Below are positions 37,230-46,202 of a stretch of 64,000 nucleotides of DNA, piece by piece (positions within the stretch are counted from its first letter, which is position 1; each line of letters begins with the position of its first letter). Made by a program: the position numbers and the translations under genes. The stretch comes from an uncultured bacterium (GTDB lineage: Bacteria > Cyanobacteriota > Vampirovibrionia > Gastranaerophilales > Gastranaerophilaceae). The stretch spans positions 33,337 to 97,336 of the forward strand of contig CACYUI010000002.1 of the NCBI GenBank assembly GCA_902777605.1. Reading direction: 5' to 3'. The notes beneath the pieces were generated by a model. It saw nothing but the letters and a program-made list of their open reading frames with translations, had not been told where the DNA came from and searched no databases.

Positions 37230-39719
37230 ATGAAAGAGGCTTATTTTCCGCAAGAAATAGAAAAAAAGTGGCAGTCAGAGTGGGAGAAAAACAATGTTTT
37301 TCAAACACCTGACAATAGTGATAAACCAAAATATTTTGCGTTATCAATGTTTCCATACCCATCAGGGAAATTACATATGGGACATGTCAGAAATTATACA
37401 ATTACTGATGTAATTGCAAGGTTTAAAAAGATGCAAGGGTATAATGTATTGCATCCAATGGGATGGGATAGTTTTGGATTACCTGCTGAAAATGCAGCAA
37501 TGAAACATGGTGCAGATCCTGCAAAATGGACTGATGAAAATATTGCATATATGACTAAGCAACTAAAGATGTTAGGGCTTTCTTACGATTGGCAAAGAGA
37601 AGTTACAACTTGCAAACCTGATTATTATAAATGGACACAATGGTTATTTCTTCAATTGTATAAAAAAGGATTAGCATATAAAAAGGAAGCTGCTGTAAAT
37701 TGGTGTGAAACTTGCGGTACAGTTTTAGCTAACGAACAAGTAATTGATGGCAAATGCTGGAGATGTGATTCAGTAGTTGAGAAAAAATATCTTTCGCAAT
37801 GGTTTTTCAAGATTACTGATTATGCAGAACAATTATTAAAAGACCTTGATAAGCTTGATGGTTGGGGCGATAATGTTAAGACAATGCAAGCCAACTGGAT
37901 TGGAAAATCTCAAGGTGCAATATTTAGATTTAAGGTAAAAGAGATTGAAGGTATGGAAGTGCCTGTATATACTACAAGACCTGATACGGTTCACGGCATA
38001 ACTTATCTTGTAGTTGCACCTGAATATAAAGATATTGAAAAACTAACAACACCTGAAAACAAAAATGCAGTAGAAGAATATAGAGCAAACGCTCGGAAAA
38101 TGACTGAAATAGAAAGACTTTCAACAGACAGAGTTAAAACAGGTGTGCCTCTTGGTACACACTGCATAAATCCTTTTAATGGTGAAGAATTTCCTCTGTG
38201 GACTGCAGACTATGCGCTAGTTGAATATGGCACAGGCGCAGTAATGGCCGTACCAACACACGATACAAGGGATTTTGATTTTGCTAAAAAATACAATTTA
38301 CCATTAAAAGTTGTAATACAAGATCCGCAAAATCCTTCAGATTGCAAAGATGTAGCATATACTGAAGAAGGGGTTCTTGTTAACTCAAACGAATTTAACG
38401 GCATGAAAAATACAGAAGCTAAAAAAGCTATTACACAAAAGGCTGTAGATGGTGGTTTCGGTGAATTCAAAACACAATACAGACTTAGAGATTGGTTAAT
38501 TTCAAGACAAAGATATTGGGGTGCTCCAATACCTGTTGTTTACTGTGACAAGTGTGGTATTGTTCCAGAAAAAGAAGAAAACTTACCTGTTATGCTACCT
38601 ACTGATGTGGATTTTTCTGTTGTAGGAAAATCACCAATTACTACATCAAAAACATTTAAAGATACAACTTGTCCTGTATGTGGCGGACCTGCTACAAGAG
38701 AGATGGATACAATGGATACTTTTGTATGTTCAAGTTGGTATTACCTAAGGTATTCAGATGCAAAGAACAGTGAAAAATGTTTTGATAAAGAAAAAGTTAA
38801 TCACTGGCTGCCAGTAGATCAGTATGTAGGCGGAATAGAACATGCAATCTTACACTTACTATATTCAAGATTCTTTACTAAAGCACTTAGAGATTGCGGT
38901 TTATTAGACTTTGATGAGCCGTTTAAAAATCTTTTAACTCAAGGTATGGTATTAAAAGATGGATCAAAAATGTCTAAATCTAAAGGTAATACTGTCGATC
39001 CTGATGAAATATTTGAAAATTTTGGTGCAGATACAGCAAGATTATTCATACTTTCTGACTCTCCGCCAGCAAGAGATTTTGATTGGTCGGATGCCGGTGT
39101 AGAAGGCTGTTACAAATTCTTAAATAGAGTTTGGAGGCTTATAAGTGATGGAGTTAATAAAAGAGAAATTGCTAAAGATTACAAATTAGCATTTCCTCTT
39201 TCAAGAGAAAATGACGACTTAGTAAGAATTGTAAATATTGCAATGAAAGGAATTACAAACGACATATCTAATGATTTTCAGTTCAATACTGTCATTTCTA
39301 AATATCGTGAACTAACTAATGCTATTTACGATTGGAGAGGCAAATGCAAAGGCGAACTAGATAACGAACAAAAGAATGTATTCAGCTTTGCGACAACCTC
39401 TTTAATAAAACTTATGTCACCTGTTACAGTACATATGGCAGAAGAAATTTGGCATGAATTAGGTTACAAAAATTCAATTCACGAAGAAAAATGGTGTGAG
39501 TGGGATGAGAGCTTAGCAAAAGCCAGCAAAATTACACTTGTTATTCAAGTTAACGGAAAAGTGAAAGATAAACTTGAGGTTGATGAAGGAGTGACAGATG
39601 AAGATCTTAAACAAATTGCTCTTTCTACCGAAAAGATAAAAGAAATCACTTCAGGAAAAGAAATTGTCAAAACAATTGTTGTTCCGAAAAAACTTGTTAA
39701 TATTGTTGTTAAAGGATAA
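37230..39719 (+). CDS. leuS: Leucine--tRNA ligase
   Basis: MFPYPSGKLHMGH, TTRPDT, DWLISRQRYWG, GGIEHAILHLLY, KMSKSKGN. Confidence 0.98.
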   Translation: MKEAYFPQEIEKKWQSEWEKNNVFQTPDNSDKPKYFALSMFPYPSGKLHMGHVRNYTITDVIARFKKMQGYNVLHPMGWDSFGLPAENAAMKHGADPAKWTDENIAYMTKQLKMLGLSYDWQREVTTCKPDYYKWTQWLFLQLYKKGLAYKKEAAVNWCETCGTVLANEQVIDGKCWRCDSVVEKKYLSQWFFKITDYAEQLLKDLDKLDGWGDNVKTMQANWIGKSQGAIFRFKVKEIEGMEVPVYTTRPDTVHGITYLVVAPEYKDIEKLTTPENKNAVEEYRANARKMTEIERLSTDRVKTGVPLGTHCINPFNGEEFPLWTADYALVEYGTGAVMAVPTHDTRDFDFAKKYNLPLKVVIQDPQNPSDCKDVAYTEEGVLVNSNEFNGMKNTEAKKAITQKAVDGGFGEFKTQYRLRDWLISRQRYWGAPIPVVYCDKCGIVPEKEENLPVMLPTDVDFSVVGKSPITTSKTFKDTTCPVCGGPATREMDTMDTFVCSSWYYLRYSDAKNSEKCFDKEKVNHWLPVDQYVGGIEHAILHLLYSRFFTKALRDCGLLDFDEPFKNLLTQGMVLKDGSKMSKSKGNTVDPDEIFENFGADTARLFILSDSPPARDFDWSDAGVEGCYKFLNRVWRLISDGVNKREIAKDYKLAFPLSRENDDLVRIVNIAMKGITNDISNDFQFNTVISKYRELTNAIYDWRGKCKGELDNEQKNVFSFATTSLIKLMSPVTVHMAEEIWHELGYKNSIHEEKWCEWDESLAKASKITLVIQVNGKVKDKLEVDEGVTDEDLKQIALSTEKIKEITSGKEIVKTIVVPKKLVNIVVKG

Positions 39720-39727
39720 AATAAATT

Positions 39728-39760
39728 AGCCGTTTTGGTAATATCCAAAACGGCTTTTTT
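39728..39760 (+). terminator. Intrinsic terminator after leuS
   Basis: AGCCGTTTTGG-taatat-CCAAAACGGCT-T5. Confidence 0.8.
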
Positions 39761-39777
39761 GTGTTTTATATAATTAT

Positions 39778-39990
39778 ATGAAAAAGATTATTTGTTTATT
39801 AATTCTGATAGGTTTAAATTTATCTGTATCTGCTATTGCTGATACTGTAGTGTACAATACTAAAACAGGTAAATACCACTCAATAGGCTGCCAATGGGCA
39901 AAAAAATGCACTGTCAACTGTATAAATATTGACCGTAAACAAGCTAAAGCCAGAGGCGGTGTTCCTTGTAAAGTATGCGGCGGGTACTAA
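39778..39990 (-). CDS. Small exported protein with Ada-like Zn-binding motif
   Basis: Signal peptide; VVYNTKTGKYHSIGC...GGVPCKVCGG. Confidence 0.7.
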
Positions 39991-40002
39991 AAATTATTAA
40001 TA

Positions 40003-40124
40003 TGGTGGGCGTTACAAGACTGTCTTGCTCGGTGGCGTTAAACGGGTCTGCGGTTTTTCTTTTCAGAAACTTCGTTTCTCCCAAAGAAAACACCTCCGCC
40101 CTCTGCCACCTCGCGCTCGAACTT
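40003..40124 (-). repeat. tRNA-Val 3'-end duplicate interrupted by a 96-nt hairpin
   Basis: 40003-40021 identical to 40210-40228; 40116-40124 (CTCGAACTT) identical to 40227-40235; nested palindrome in between. Confidence 0.7.
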
Positions 40125-40173
40125 TGGCACAGCTTTGCTATGCAAGTTCTCCTACCTTATAAACTCCGTATAA

Positions 40174-40209
40174 CTAAAGAGACAGTAACAAATGTTACCG
40201 TCTCTTTAG
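40174..40209 (-). terminator. Hairpin directly downstream of tRNA-Val
   Basis: CTAAAGAGAC-A-GTAACA/TGTTAC-C-GTCTCTTTAG. Confidence 0.6.
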
Positions 40210-40285
40210 TGGTGGGCGTTACAAGACTCGAACTTGTGACCCTCTGAATGTCGTTCAGATGCGCTACCAACTGCGCCAAACGCCC
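40210..40285 (-). tRNA. trnV: tRNA-Val (GAC)
   Basis: GGGCGTT/AACGCCC acceptor + ACCA, D-arm GCGC/GCGC, anticodon stem TCTGA/TCAGA with loop ACGACAT, T-loop TTCGAGT; 76 nt. Confidence 0.9.
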
Positions 40286-40523
40286 ATATTTAATTTTCAA
40301 AAAGCTGTAGCGCATCTACGATGCTACCTCTCCTCGGAAGATACTTAATCTTCCTCGTCGGCAGAGTCAACTGCGCTGCGTTTTCCTTGTAGTTTGACTT
40401 TGGTATATTTTGCATTTACCCCCGCCAAACGCCCGTATTTAATTTTCAAAAGCTGTAGCGCATCTACGATGCTACCTCTCCTCGGAAGATACTCAATCTT
40501 CCTCGTTAGCAGAATTAACTACA
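40274..40523. repeat. Imperfect tandem duplication (149-nt offset) containing the tRNA-Val 5' end and a GTAG hairpin
   Basis: CGCCAAACGCCC at 40274 and 40423, each followed by ATTTAATTTTCAAAAGCTGTAGCGCATCTACGATGCTACCTCTCCTCGGAAGATACT. Confidence 0.8.
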
Positions 40524-40749
40524 CCAATATAATAATTTACTTATATCATAAATTATTAAATTTTTAAATATCACTTTAGTTAAGGATTGTAAACTTTAAA
40601 GAAAAAGCTTGCAATAATAAATAAAATGTGTATAATAGGAGACATAAAGGGTTATGATACCTGTTGAGAGAGAGATGCGAGGATATCACAAATCTATATA
40701 ACAGATATTTCAATCCTTGAAGGTAGAAAAAGTGTATAGGAGATTTATC

Positions 40750-41022
40750 ATGAACAAAGAAGAACTAGTTAAAGAAATTTCTAAGAAAACAAAACTTTCT
40801 CAAAAAATGTCATCAGATGTTTTATCTGCAACTTTAGAAATTATCCAAAAAACAGTTGCTAAAGGTAAAAAAGTAACTTTAGTTGGTTTTGGTACTTGGG
40901 AAGCTCGTAAGAGAGCTGCTAGAACAGGCAGAAACCCACAAACTGGTAAAGAATTAAAAATTGCTGCTAAGACTGTTCCAGCATGGTCTGCAGGCAAATC
41001 ATTCAAAGAACTTGTAAAATAG
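40750..41022 (+). CDS. hup: DNA-binding protein HU
   Basis: MNKEELV, VTLVGFGTW, RTGRNPQTG; AGGAG RBS before 40750; TTGCAA-N16-TATAAT at 40609-40636. Confidence 0.96.
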   Translation: MNKEELVKEISKKTKLSQKMSSDVLSATLEIIQKTVAKGKKVTLVGFGTWEARKRAARTGRNPQTGKELKIAAKTVPAWSAGKSFKELVK

Positions 41023-41040
41023 TTTTTGTTAGTAGATTTG

Positions 41041-41077
41041 ATAACGGCGGTGTTTATTAATACCGCCGTTATTTTTT
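41041..41077 (+). terminator. Intrinsic terminator after hup
   Basis: ATAACGGCGGT/ACCGCCGTTAT-T5. Confidence 0.8.
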
Positions 41078-41118
41078 ATTTATGATAAAATTGTATATTA
41101 TCATGTGAGGATTAAAAG

Positions 41119-41871
41119 TTGAGTATAAAAATTGCAATAACAGGTAAAAGTGGCAGCGGTAAAACAACCATTACTAAGTCATTTTTAAAAATTATTCAAG
41201 AAAATTTTCCTGATAAATCGGTATTATTGTTTGATAATGATTTAACAGGGGAACTTGGTCATTCTTTTGGGCTAGATATCAGAAATACGATATATGGTAT
41301 AAGAAGCGGTAAGCATGAGTATAAAACTGGTATCCCCGATGGTATGAATAAACATGAATATGTTGAATGGGCAATTGAGGATATATTAGTACCAATAAAT
41401 GATAATGTCGATATTATTGTTTCTTGGTTTGTTGGAGCAAAGGACTGTAGATGTCCTATAACCGGGCAAATAAATGATGCTTGTCAAAAACTTATTGAAC
41501 GATATGACTATGTTATTTTTGACTGCGAATTTGACCTTAAATATTTAAATCAGTTGGTTGATACAAATATTGATTTAACACTTGTTGTAGCTAATCCGAC
41601 AATTGAGTCTGTTAAGTTGACAAAAAGAATAGCCGAGTTTTCTTCAAAATATGCAGCTGGCGGACAATTCGGTATTATCATGAACAAAGTTGATAACCAA
41701 AATTTAGGTGAAATATACAACATGATAAAAGATGCTGATCTTGAAATACTAGGTTCGGTTCCGCTTGATAATAATTTATCATTAGGAACTGTTAATTGGG
41801 AATCTGATATTGTAAAAAATGCAGTTAAAGAATTCTATTTTAGACTCAACCTTCCACAGGAGAATCAATAA
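41119..41871 (+). CDS. CooC/AcsF-like P-loop ATPase
   Basis: KIAITGKSGSGKTT (deviant Walker A), CRC metal motif, YVIFDCE, IIMNKV. Confidence 0.7.
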   Translation: MSIKIAITGKSGSGKTTITKSFLKIIQENFPDKSVLLFDNDLTGELGHSFGLDIRNTIYGIRSGKHEYKTGIPDGMNKHEYVEWAIEDILVPINDNVDIIVSWFVGAKDCRCPITGQINDACQKLIERYDYVIFDCEFDLKYLNQLVDTNIDLTLVVANPTIESVKLTKRIAEFSSKYAAGGQFGIIMNKVDNQNLGEIYNMIKDADLEILGSVPLDNNLSLGTVNWESDIVKNAVKEFYFRLNLPQENQ

Positions 41872-42707
41872 TGATATTACTAGATGGTAAAAAAACTTCT
41901 GAAAAAATATTAAAAAAGGTTAAATTTAATGTAGAAAAAACTATTAACAATACAGGAAGAGTACCACATCTTGTTGTAATAATTGTAGGAGAAAATCCTG
42001 CCAGTCAAATTTATGTTCGCAATAAAAAAAATACTGCCGAAAAAATTGGAATTAAATCTACAGTTATAGAATTTCCCGAAAATGTATCCGAAAAAAATTT
42101 ACTAAAAAAAATTGCTGAGCTTAACAAAGATAATGATGTAACAGGAATTCTTGTACAATTACCATTGCCTAAGCATATTAATAAAAATAATATTGTTCAA
42201 GCAATTGCACCACAAAAAGATGTTGATGGATTTACGCCGGAAAATGTTGGAAAGTTAGCTATTGGCATAGAGCCTTATTTTTATCCTGCAACACCTCAGG
42301 GAATAATTATGCTGTTGGATGAATATAAAATTAAAATAGAGGGAGCTGACATTCTTGTAATTGGTCGTTCCAATATAGTTGGCAGACCAATGTCACAAAT
42401 GCTGATAAATAGAAATGCAACCGTTACTACTGCGCATTCATACACTAAAGATTTGGATGACAAAATAAAAACCGCCGATATTGTAATATCCGCGGTGGGT
42501 AAAAAAATTGTAAGATGTAAGATGGTTAAGAAAAATTCTGTTATAGTTGATGTTGGCATATTTAAGGATGCCAACGGCAAGCTTACCGGTGATGTAGATT
42601 TTGAATATGTATCTCCGTCCTGCGAGTTTATTTCGCCTGTACCGGGCGGTGTTGGACCTATGACAATAGCCTCTCTTATGTATAACGCTTCGAAAGTCTA
42701 TGTCTAA
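41871..42707 (+). CDS. folD: Methylenetetrahydrofolate dehydrogenase/cyclohydrolase
   Basis: ASQIYVRNK, GILVQLPLP, KDVDGF, GRSNIVGRP, SPVPGGVGPMT. Confidence 0.97.
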   Translation: MILLDGKKTSEKILKKVKFNVEKTINNTGRVPHLVVIIVGENPASQIYVRNKKNTAEKIGIKSTVIEFPENVSEKNLLKKIAELNKDNDVTGILVQLPLPKHINKNNIVQAIAPQKDVDGFTPENVGKLAIGIEPYFYPATPQGIIMLLDEYKIKIEGADILVIGRSNIVGRPMSQMLINRNATVTTAHSYTKDLDDKIKTADIVISAVGKKIVRCKMVKKNSVIVDVGIFKDANGKLTGDVDFEYVSPSCEFISPVPGGVGPMTIASLMYNASKVYV

Positions 42708-42715
42708 ATTAATTA

Positions 42716-43150
42716 TTAGCCTCCTTGAAGTAATCCTGTGTCTTGAGCTGCTGTAGAAGTTGCTGTCTTTGCAGATTCTTTTTGAGCTCTTAATTCTTCA
42801 AGCATTGTATCCATTGTTTGTCTCATTGTATCGTAATCAATATCTAAGTCTTCTAATTCTTCTAACAATTCTTCGTTAAATTGTTTTACTTTTGCGTGTG
42901 CATATGCATCTGCTATCGAAGTATTTTGGTTATCTATTGCAACTGTGATGCTGCCACATCTTTTTTCTTTATCATTGCCAATAGCATCATCGTAAGCTTT
43001 TTCCCATTTTTCTTCGTACTTAACTTGCTCTTCAAGTTTTGCACTTACGCCTTCATATTTACTATTCCAATAAATAGATTGCTGAGTATAATAGTTTATG
43101 TCTGCATTGATTGCTAATAAATTTCCTAATAAAGCTGCTGTGTTTGACAT
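42716..43150 (-). CDS. Lineage-specific helical protein (144 aa), homolog of 57533-58645
   Basis: AAGG RBS; N-terminal LLAINA; C-terminal DIDYD...MDT...ES.K motif shared with 57533-58645. Confidence 0.75.
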   Translation of the reverse strand: MSNTAALLGNLLAINADINYYTQQSIYWNSKYEGVSAKLEEQVKYEEKWEKAYDDAIGNDKEKRCGSITVAIDNQNTSIADAYAHAKVKQFNEELLEELEDLDIDYDTMRQTMDTMLEELRAQKESAKTATSTAAQDTGLLQGG

Positions 43151-43176
43151 TTTCTTATACCTTTTGTTTCATCTTA

Positions 43177-43245
43177 CATATATATAAAGTATTTAAAAAT
43201 TATTGAATTTCAAAAAGGTTTTATTTTGTTACAAAAGTTTACATT
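43177..43245 (-). promoter_or_regulatory. Class-A promoter with HLR1-like direct repeat
   Basis: HLR1 43228-43245 (GTTACAAA-ag-TTTACATT) - 14 nt - TTGAAA - 16 nt - TACTTTATATATATG. Confidence 0.7.
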
Positions 43246-43387
43246 TACCATGAAATAAGTAATAATAGTGATTCTAACATTCATTTAAATAAGAAAATAA
43301 TTTTTAATAAAATTTTTGTATTATTAAATACATATTAACCAATACGGTAATAAGAAAAATTTTTTTAAATGTGTTATCCTTATATTT

Positions 43388-45217
43388 ATGAAAAGAGTTT
43401 TGGGATTAATTTTAATATTTTTATTTGTAGTTTTAGCAGCAAAGTCTTGTTTAAAGGCTGATATTCCTGAAAAGTGCTCATGCATATACTTGCAAGATAA
43501 CAATGAATCAGTAGAGTATCCGGCTCCAAGCAAAAATGTAACAATAAATGGCATAGATTACATACAAACACAAGCTCCAATAGGAAACTTTGGCGGAGAG
43601 CTGATAATATCTACAATAGGAGAAGGTCCGAAAACATTTAATCCTTGTAATACAAAAGATGCAACATCTTCTTCTATGGCAGGACTTATGTATGACGGTT
43701 TATTGTCTACAGAACCAAGAACAGGAGATGTAATCCCACAACTTGCAAAATCTTTTGAAATTAACGGCAATGAATATACAATTCACTTAAGAAAAGGAAT
43801 TAAATGGTCTGATGGAAAACCTATAACGGCAGATGATGTAATGTACACATACAATGATATTGTTTTTAAAGGATTGGGGAATCCATCAACAATGGATGCA
43901 ATGATGATTGATGGTAAGTTGCCTGAACTCGAAAAAATTGATGATTTTACAGTAAAATTTATTGTTACAAAACCGTTTGCACCGTTTTTAAGGCAATTGT
44001 CTTATCCTATTGTGCCAAAACACTATTTTAAACCTTATTCAGATAAAGGTACCTCTGCATTTAACACTTTTTTAAATCCTAACACCAAGCCTGAAACAAT
44101 CGTAACAAATGGAGCATTTAGGCTAAAAGAATATGTTGCTGCTCAAAGAGTTGTATTTGTAAAAAATCCAAATTATTATAAGATAAATCTTCAAAATCAG
44201 AAACTGCCGTATTTAGATAAACTTGTTTATTTAATAGTAGGTGATACAAATAATGAAATATTAAAGTTTGAAGCAAAAGAAACTGACATACTCTCTCTTA
44301 AAGGAGATAATGTTGCAAGATATAAGCAAAAAGAAAAATTTTCAGATTACTCTGTATATAATTTAGGTGCAGATACAGGAACTCTTTTTATAGTTATAAA
44401 TTTAAATAACCGTAAAGATAAAGACGGAAAGTATTATGTCAATCCGATTAAACAAACTTGGTTTTCAAATAGAAGCTTCCGTTCAGCATTAGATTGGGCA
44501 ATCGATAGAAAAGGTATCGTTCAAAACATAGCATTTGGTGTTGCAGAGCCGTTATTTACAGCAGAAAGTCTAAACTCAATATACTTAAATAAATCCATAA
44601 AAGGACACAAAATGGATAAACAGATGGCGCTAATGCGGCTTAAAGAGGGCGGTTTTAAACTAAATAATGGCAATCTTTATGACAATAAAGGTAATCGAGT
44701 TGAATTTGATATATATACAAATGCAGGAAATTTAGAAAGAGAAGCAATTGGAGTCATGGTAAAACAGGATTTAGAGGATTTAGGCATGAAAGTCAACTTT
44801 AAGCCTGTAGAATTTAATTCTCTAGTTAATAAACTTACAAATACACATGATTGGGACATGGCAATAATGGGACTAACGGGTTCGCCTCTTGAACCTCACG
44901 ATGGTAAAAATGTATGGACATCTTCAGGTTCTCTGCACATGTTCAATATGCGTCCGGCCGGATATAAAATAGATGACCGACTAAGTTGGGAAAAAGAATT
45001 AGATGATATTTTCAACGAGGCTTCGTTGAAATTAAATTATAGCGAACGAAAACCGCTATATGACAGATATCAGGAAATTGTATACAACGAAAAACCGCTT
45101 ATTTATTTATATTCTCCAATTAGAATTACAGCAATAAGAAAAAAATTTAAAAATATTTTCCCGACACCATTGAGCGGTCTTTTGTACAATTTAGAAGAAA
45201 TATATATAGGTAAATAA
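43388..45217 (+). CDS. Oligopeptide/nickel ABC transporter substrate-binding protein (family 5)
   Basis: GPKTFNP, LRKGIKWSDGKPITADDV, NGAFRLKEY, FRSALDWAIDR. Confidence 0.9.
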   Translation: MKRVLGLILIFLFVVLAAKSCLKADIPEKCSCIYLQDNNESVEYPAPSKNVTINGIDYIQTQAPIGNFGGELIISTIGEGPKTFNPCNTKDATSSSMAGLMYDGLLSTEPRTGDVIPQLAKSFEINGNEYTIHLRKGIKWSDGKPITADDVMYTYNDIVFKGLGNPSTMDAMMIDGKLPELEKIDDFTVKFIVTKPFAPFLRQLSYPIVPKHYFKPYSDKGTSAFNTFLNPNTKPETIVTNGAFRLKEYVAAQRVVFVKNPNYYKINLQNQKLPYLDKLVYLIVGDTNNEILKFEAKETDILSLKGDNVARYKQKEKFSDYSVYNLGADTGTLFIVINLNNRKDKDGKYYVNPIKQTWFSNRSFRSALDWAIDRKGIVQNIAFGVAEPLFTAESLNSIYLNKSIKGHKMDKQMALMRLKEGGFKLNNGNLYDNKGNRVEFDIYTNAGNLEREAIGVMVKQDLEDLGMKVNFKPVEFNSLVNKLTNTHDWDMAIMGLTGSPLEPHDGKNVWTSSGSLHMFNMRPAGYKIDDRLSWEKELDDIFNEASLKLNYSERKPLYDRYQEIVYNEKPLIYLYSPIRITAIRKKFKNIFPTPLSGLLYNLEEIYIGK

Positions 45218-45218
45218 T

Positions 45219-46202
45219 ATGGAATTTGCAAAATATATACTTAAAAGATGTTTACAAACTATACCATTATTGATAATAGTGTCGATAATAAGTTTCTTTA
45301 TAATAAGGCTTGCTCCAATTGATCCTCTTGCGGAATTGAGATTAAATCCTTCTATTTCGCAAGAAACACTAAATAAAGAAATTAAAAGGTTAAATTTAGA
45401 CAAGCCCATTTATATACAGTATTTTTCATGGGCGAAATCATTTATTAAAGGAGATTTAGGATATACCTCCGCAGGAGAAAAAGTATCAACAAAGCTAAAA
45501 GAACGAATACCAAATACACTGTTACTTACTGTAATTGTTATATTTATGACATGGATAGTAGGAATACCGCTTGGTATTTTTGCTGCAATAAAAAAAGGAA
45601 CTGTTTTTGACAGAATACTTACTGTGATTTCTAGTATAGGAATGGCAATTCCATCATTTTTCTTTGCAATTTTAATGCTAATGTTTGCAGTAAAAACAGG
45701 ATGGTTTCCGGTTGGGGGTCTTACAAGTTACAACTATAATGAAATGAGTTTTATTGGTAAGTTAATTGATCTTTCACGACATTTATGTCTTCCTGTAATA
45801 GTTCTATTTACTATATCTCTTTCCGGATTACAAAGACAAATGAGAGCAAACATGCTAGAAGTATTAGATTCAGATTATATAAAATTTGCGAGAGCAAAAG
45901 GTCTTAGCGAAGCAAAAGTTATATATAAACACGCACTCAGAAATGCAATTAATCCAATGATAACACTTTTAGGATTTGAGTTTGCAGGACTTCTCAGCGG
46001 CGCAGCTTTGACAGAATATGTATTTCAATATCCTGGGCTTGGTAGATTGATTCTTGAGGCAGTTATGAAATCGGACATAAATCTAGTTATGGCTTCTTTG
46101 ATGATGGGTACAATAATGTTAATCTTAGGTAATTTGATTGCAGATATTCTTTTAATGATTACCGATCCTCGCGTGAGAAAAACTTCTGCGGAGGTACAAT
46201 GA
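45219..46202 (+). CDS. Oligopeptide ABC transporter permease (OppB/DppB-like)
   Basis: DYIKFARAKGL (EAA loop), KHALRNA, EYVFQYPGLG. Confidence 0.92.
   Translation: MEFAKYILKRCLQTIPLLIIVSIISFFIIRLAPIDPLAELRLNPSISQETLNKEIKRLNLDKPIYIQYFSWAKSFIKGDLGYTSAGEKVSTKLKERIPNTLLLTVIVIFMTWIVGIPLGIFAAIKKGTVFDRILTVISSIGMAIPSFFFAILMLMFAVKTGWFPVGGLTSYNYNEMSFIGKLIDLSRHLCLPVIVLFTISLSGLQRQMRANMLEVLDSDYIKFARAKGLSEAKVIYKHALRNAINPMITLLGFEFAGLLSGAALTEYVFQYPGLGRLILEAVMKSDINLVMASLMMGTIMLILGNLIADILLMITDPRVRKTSAEVQ

Noticed and set aside
40185-40198. GTA-N8-TAC (NtcA-like box)
   Set aside because: It is simply the inner stem of a terminator-like hairpin downstream of a tRNA, not in promoter position
40003-40228. tRNA 3'-end direct repeat as a prophage/island att site
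   Set aside because: Only ~190 nt separate the copies and there is no integrase or cargo; it is reported instead as an interrupted tRNA copy
39975-40247. 90-aa ORF on the + strand
   Set aside because: It runs antisense through tRNA-Val and its repeats; spurious
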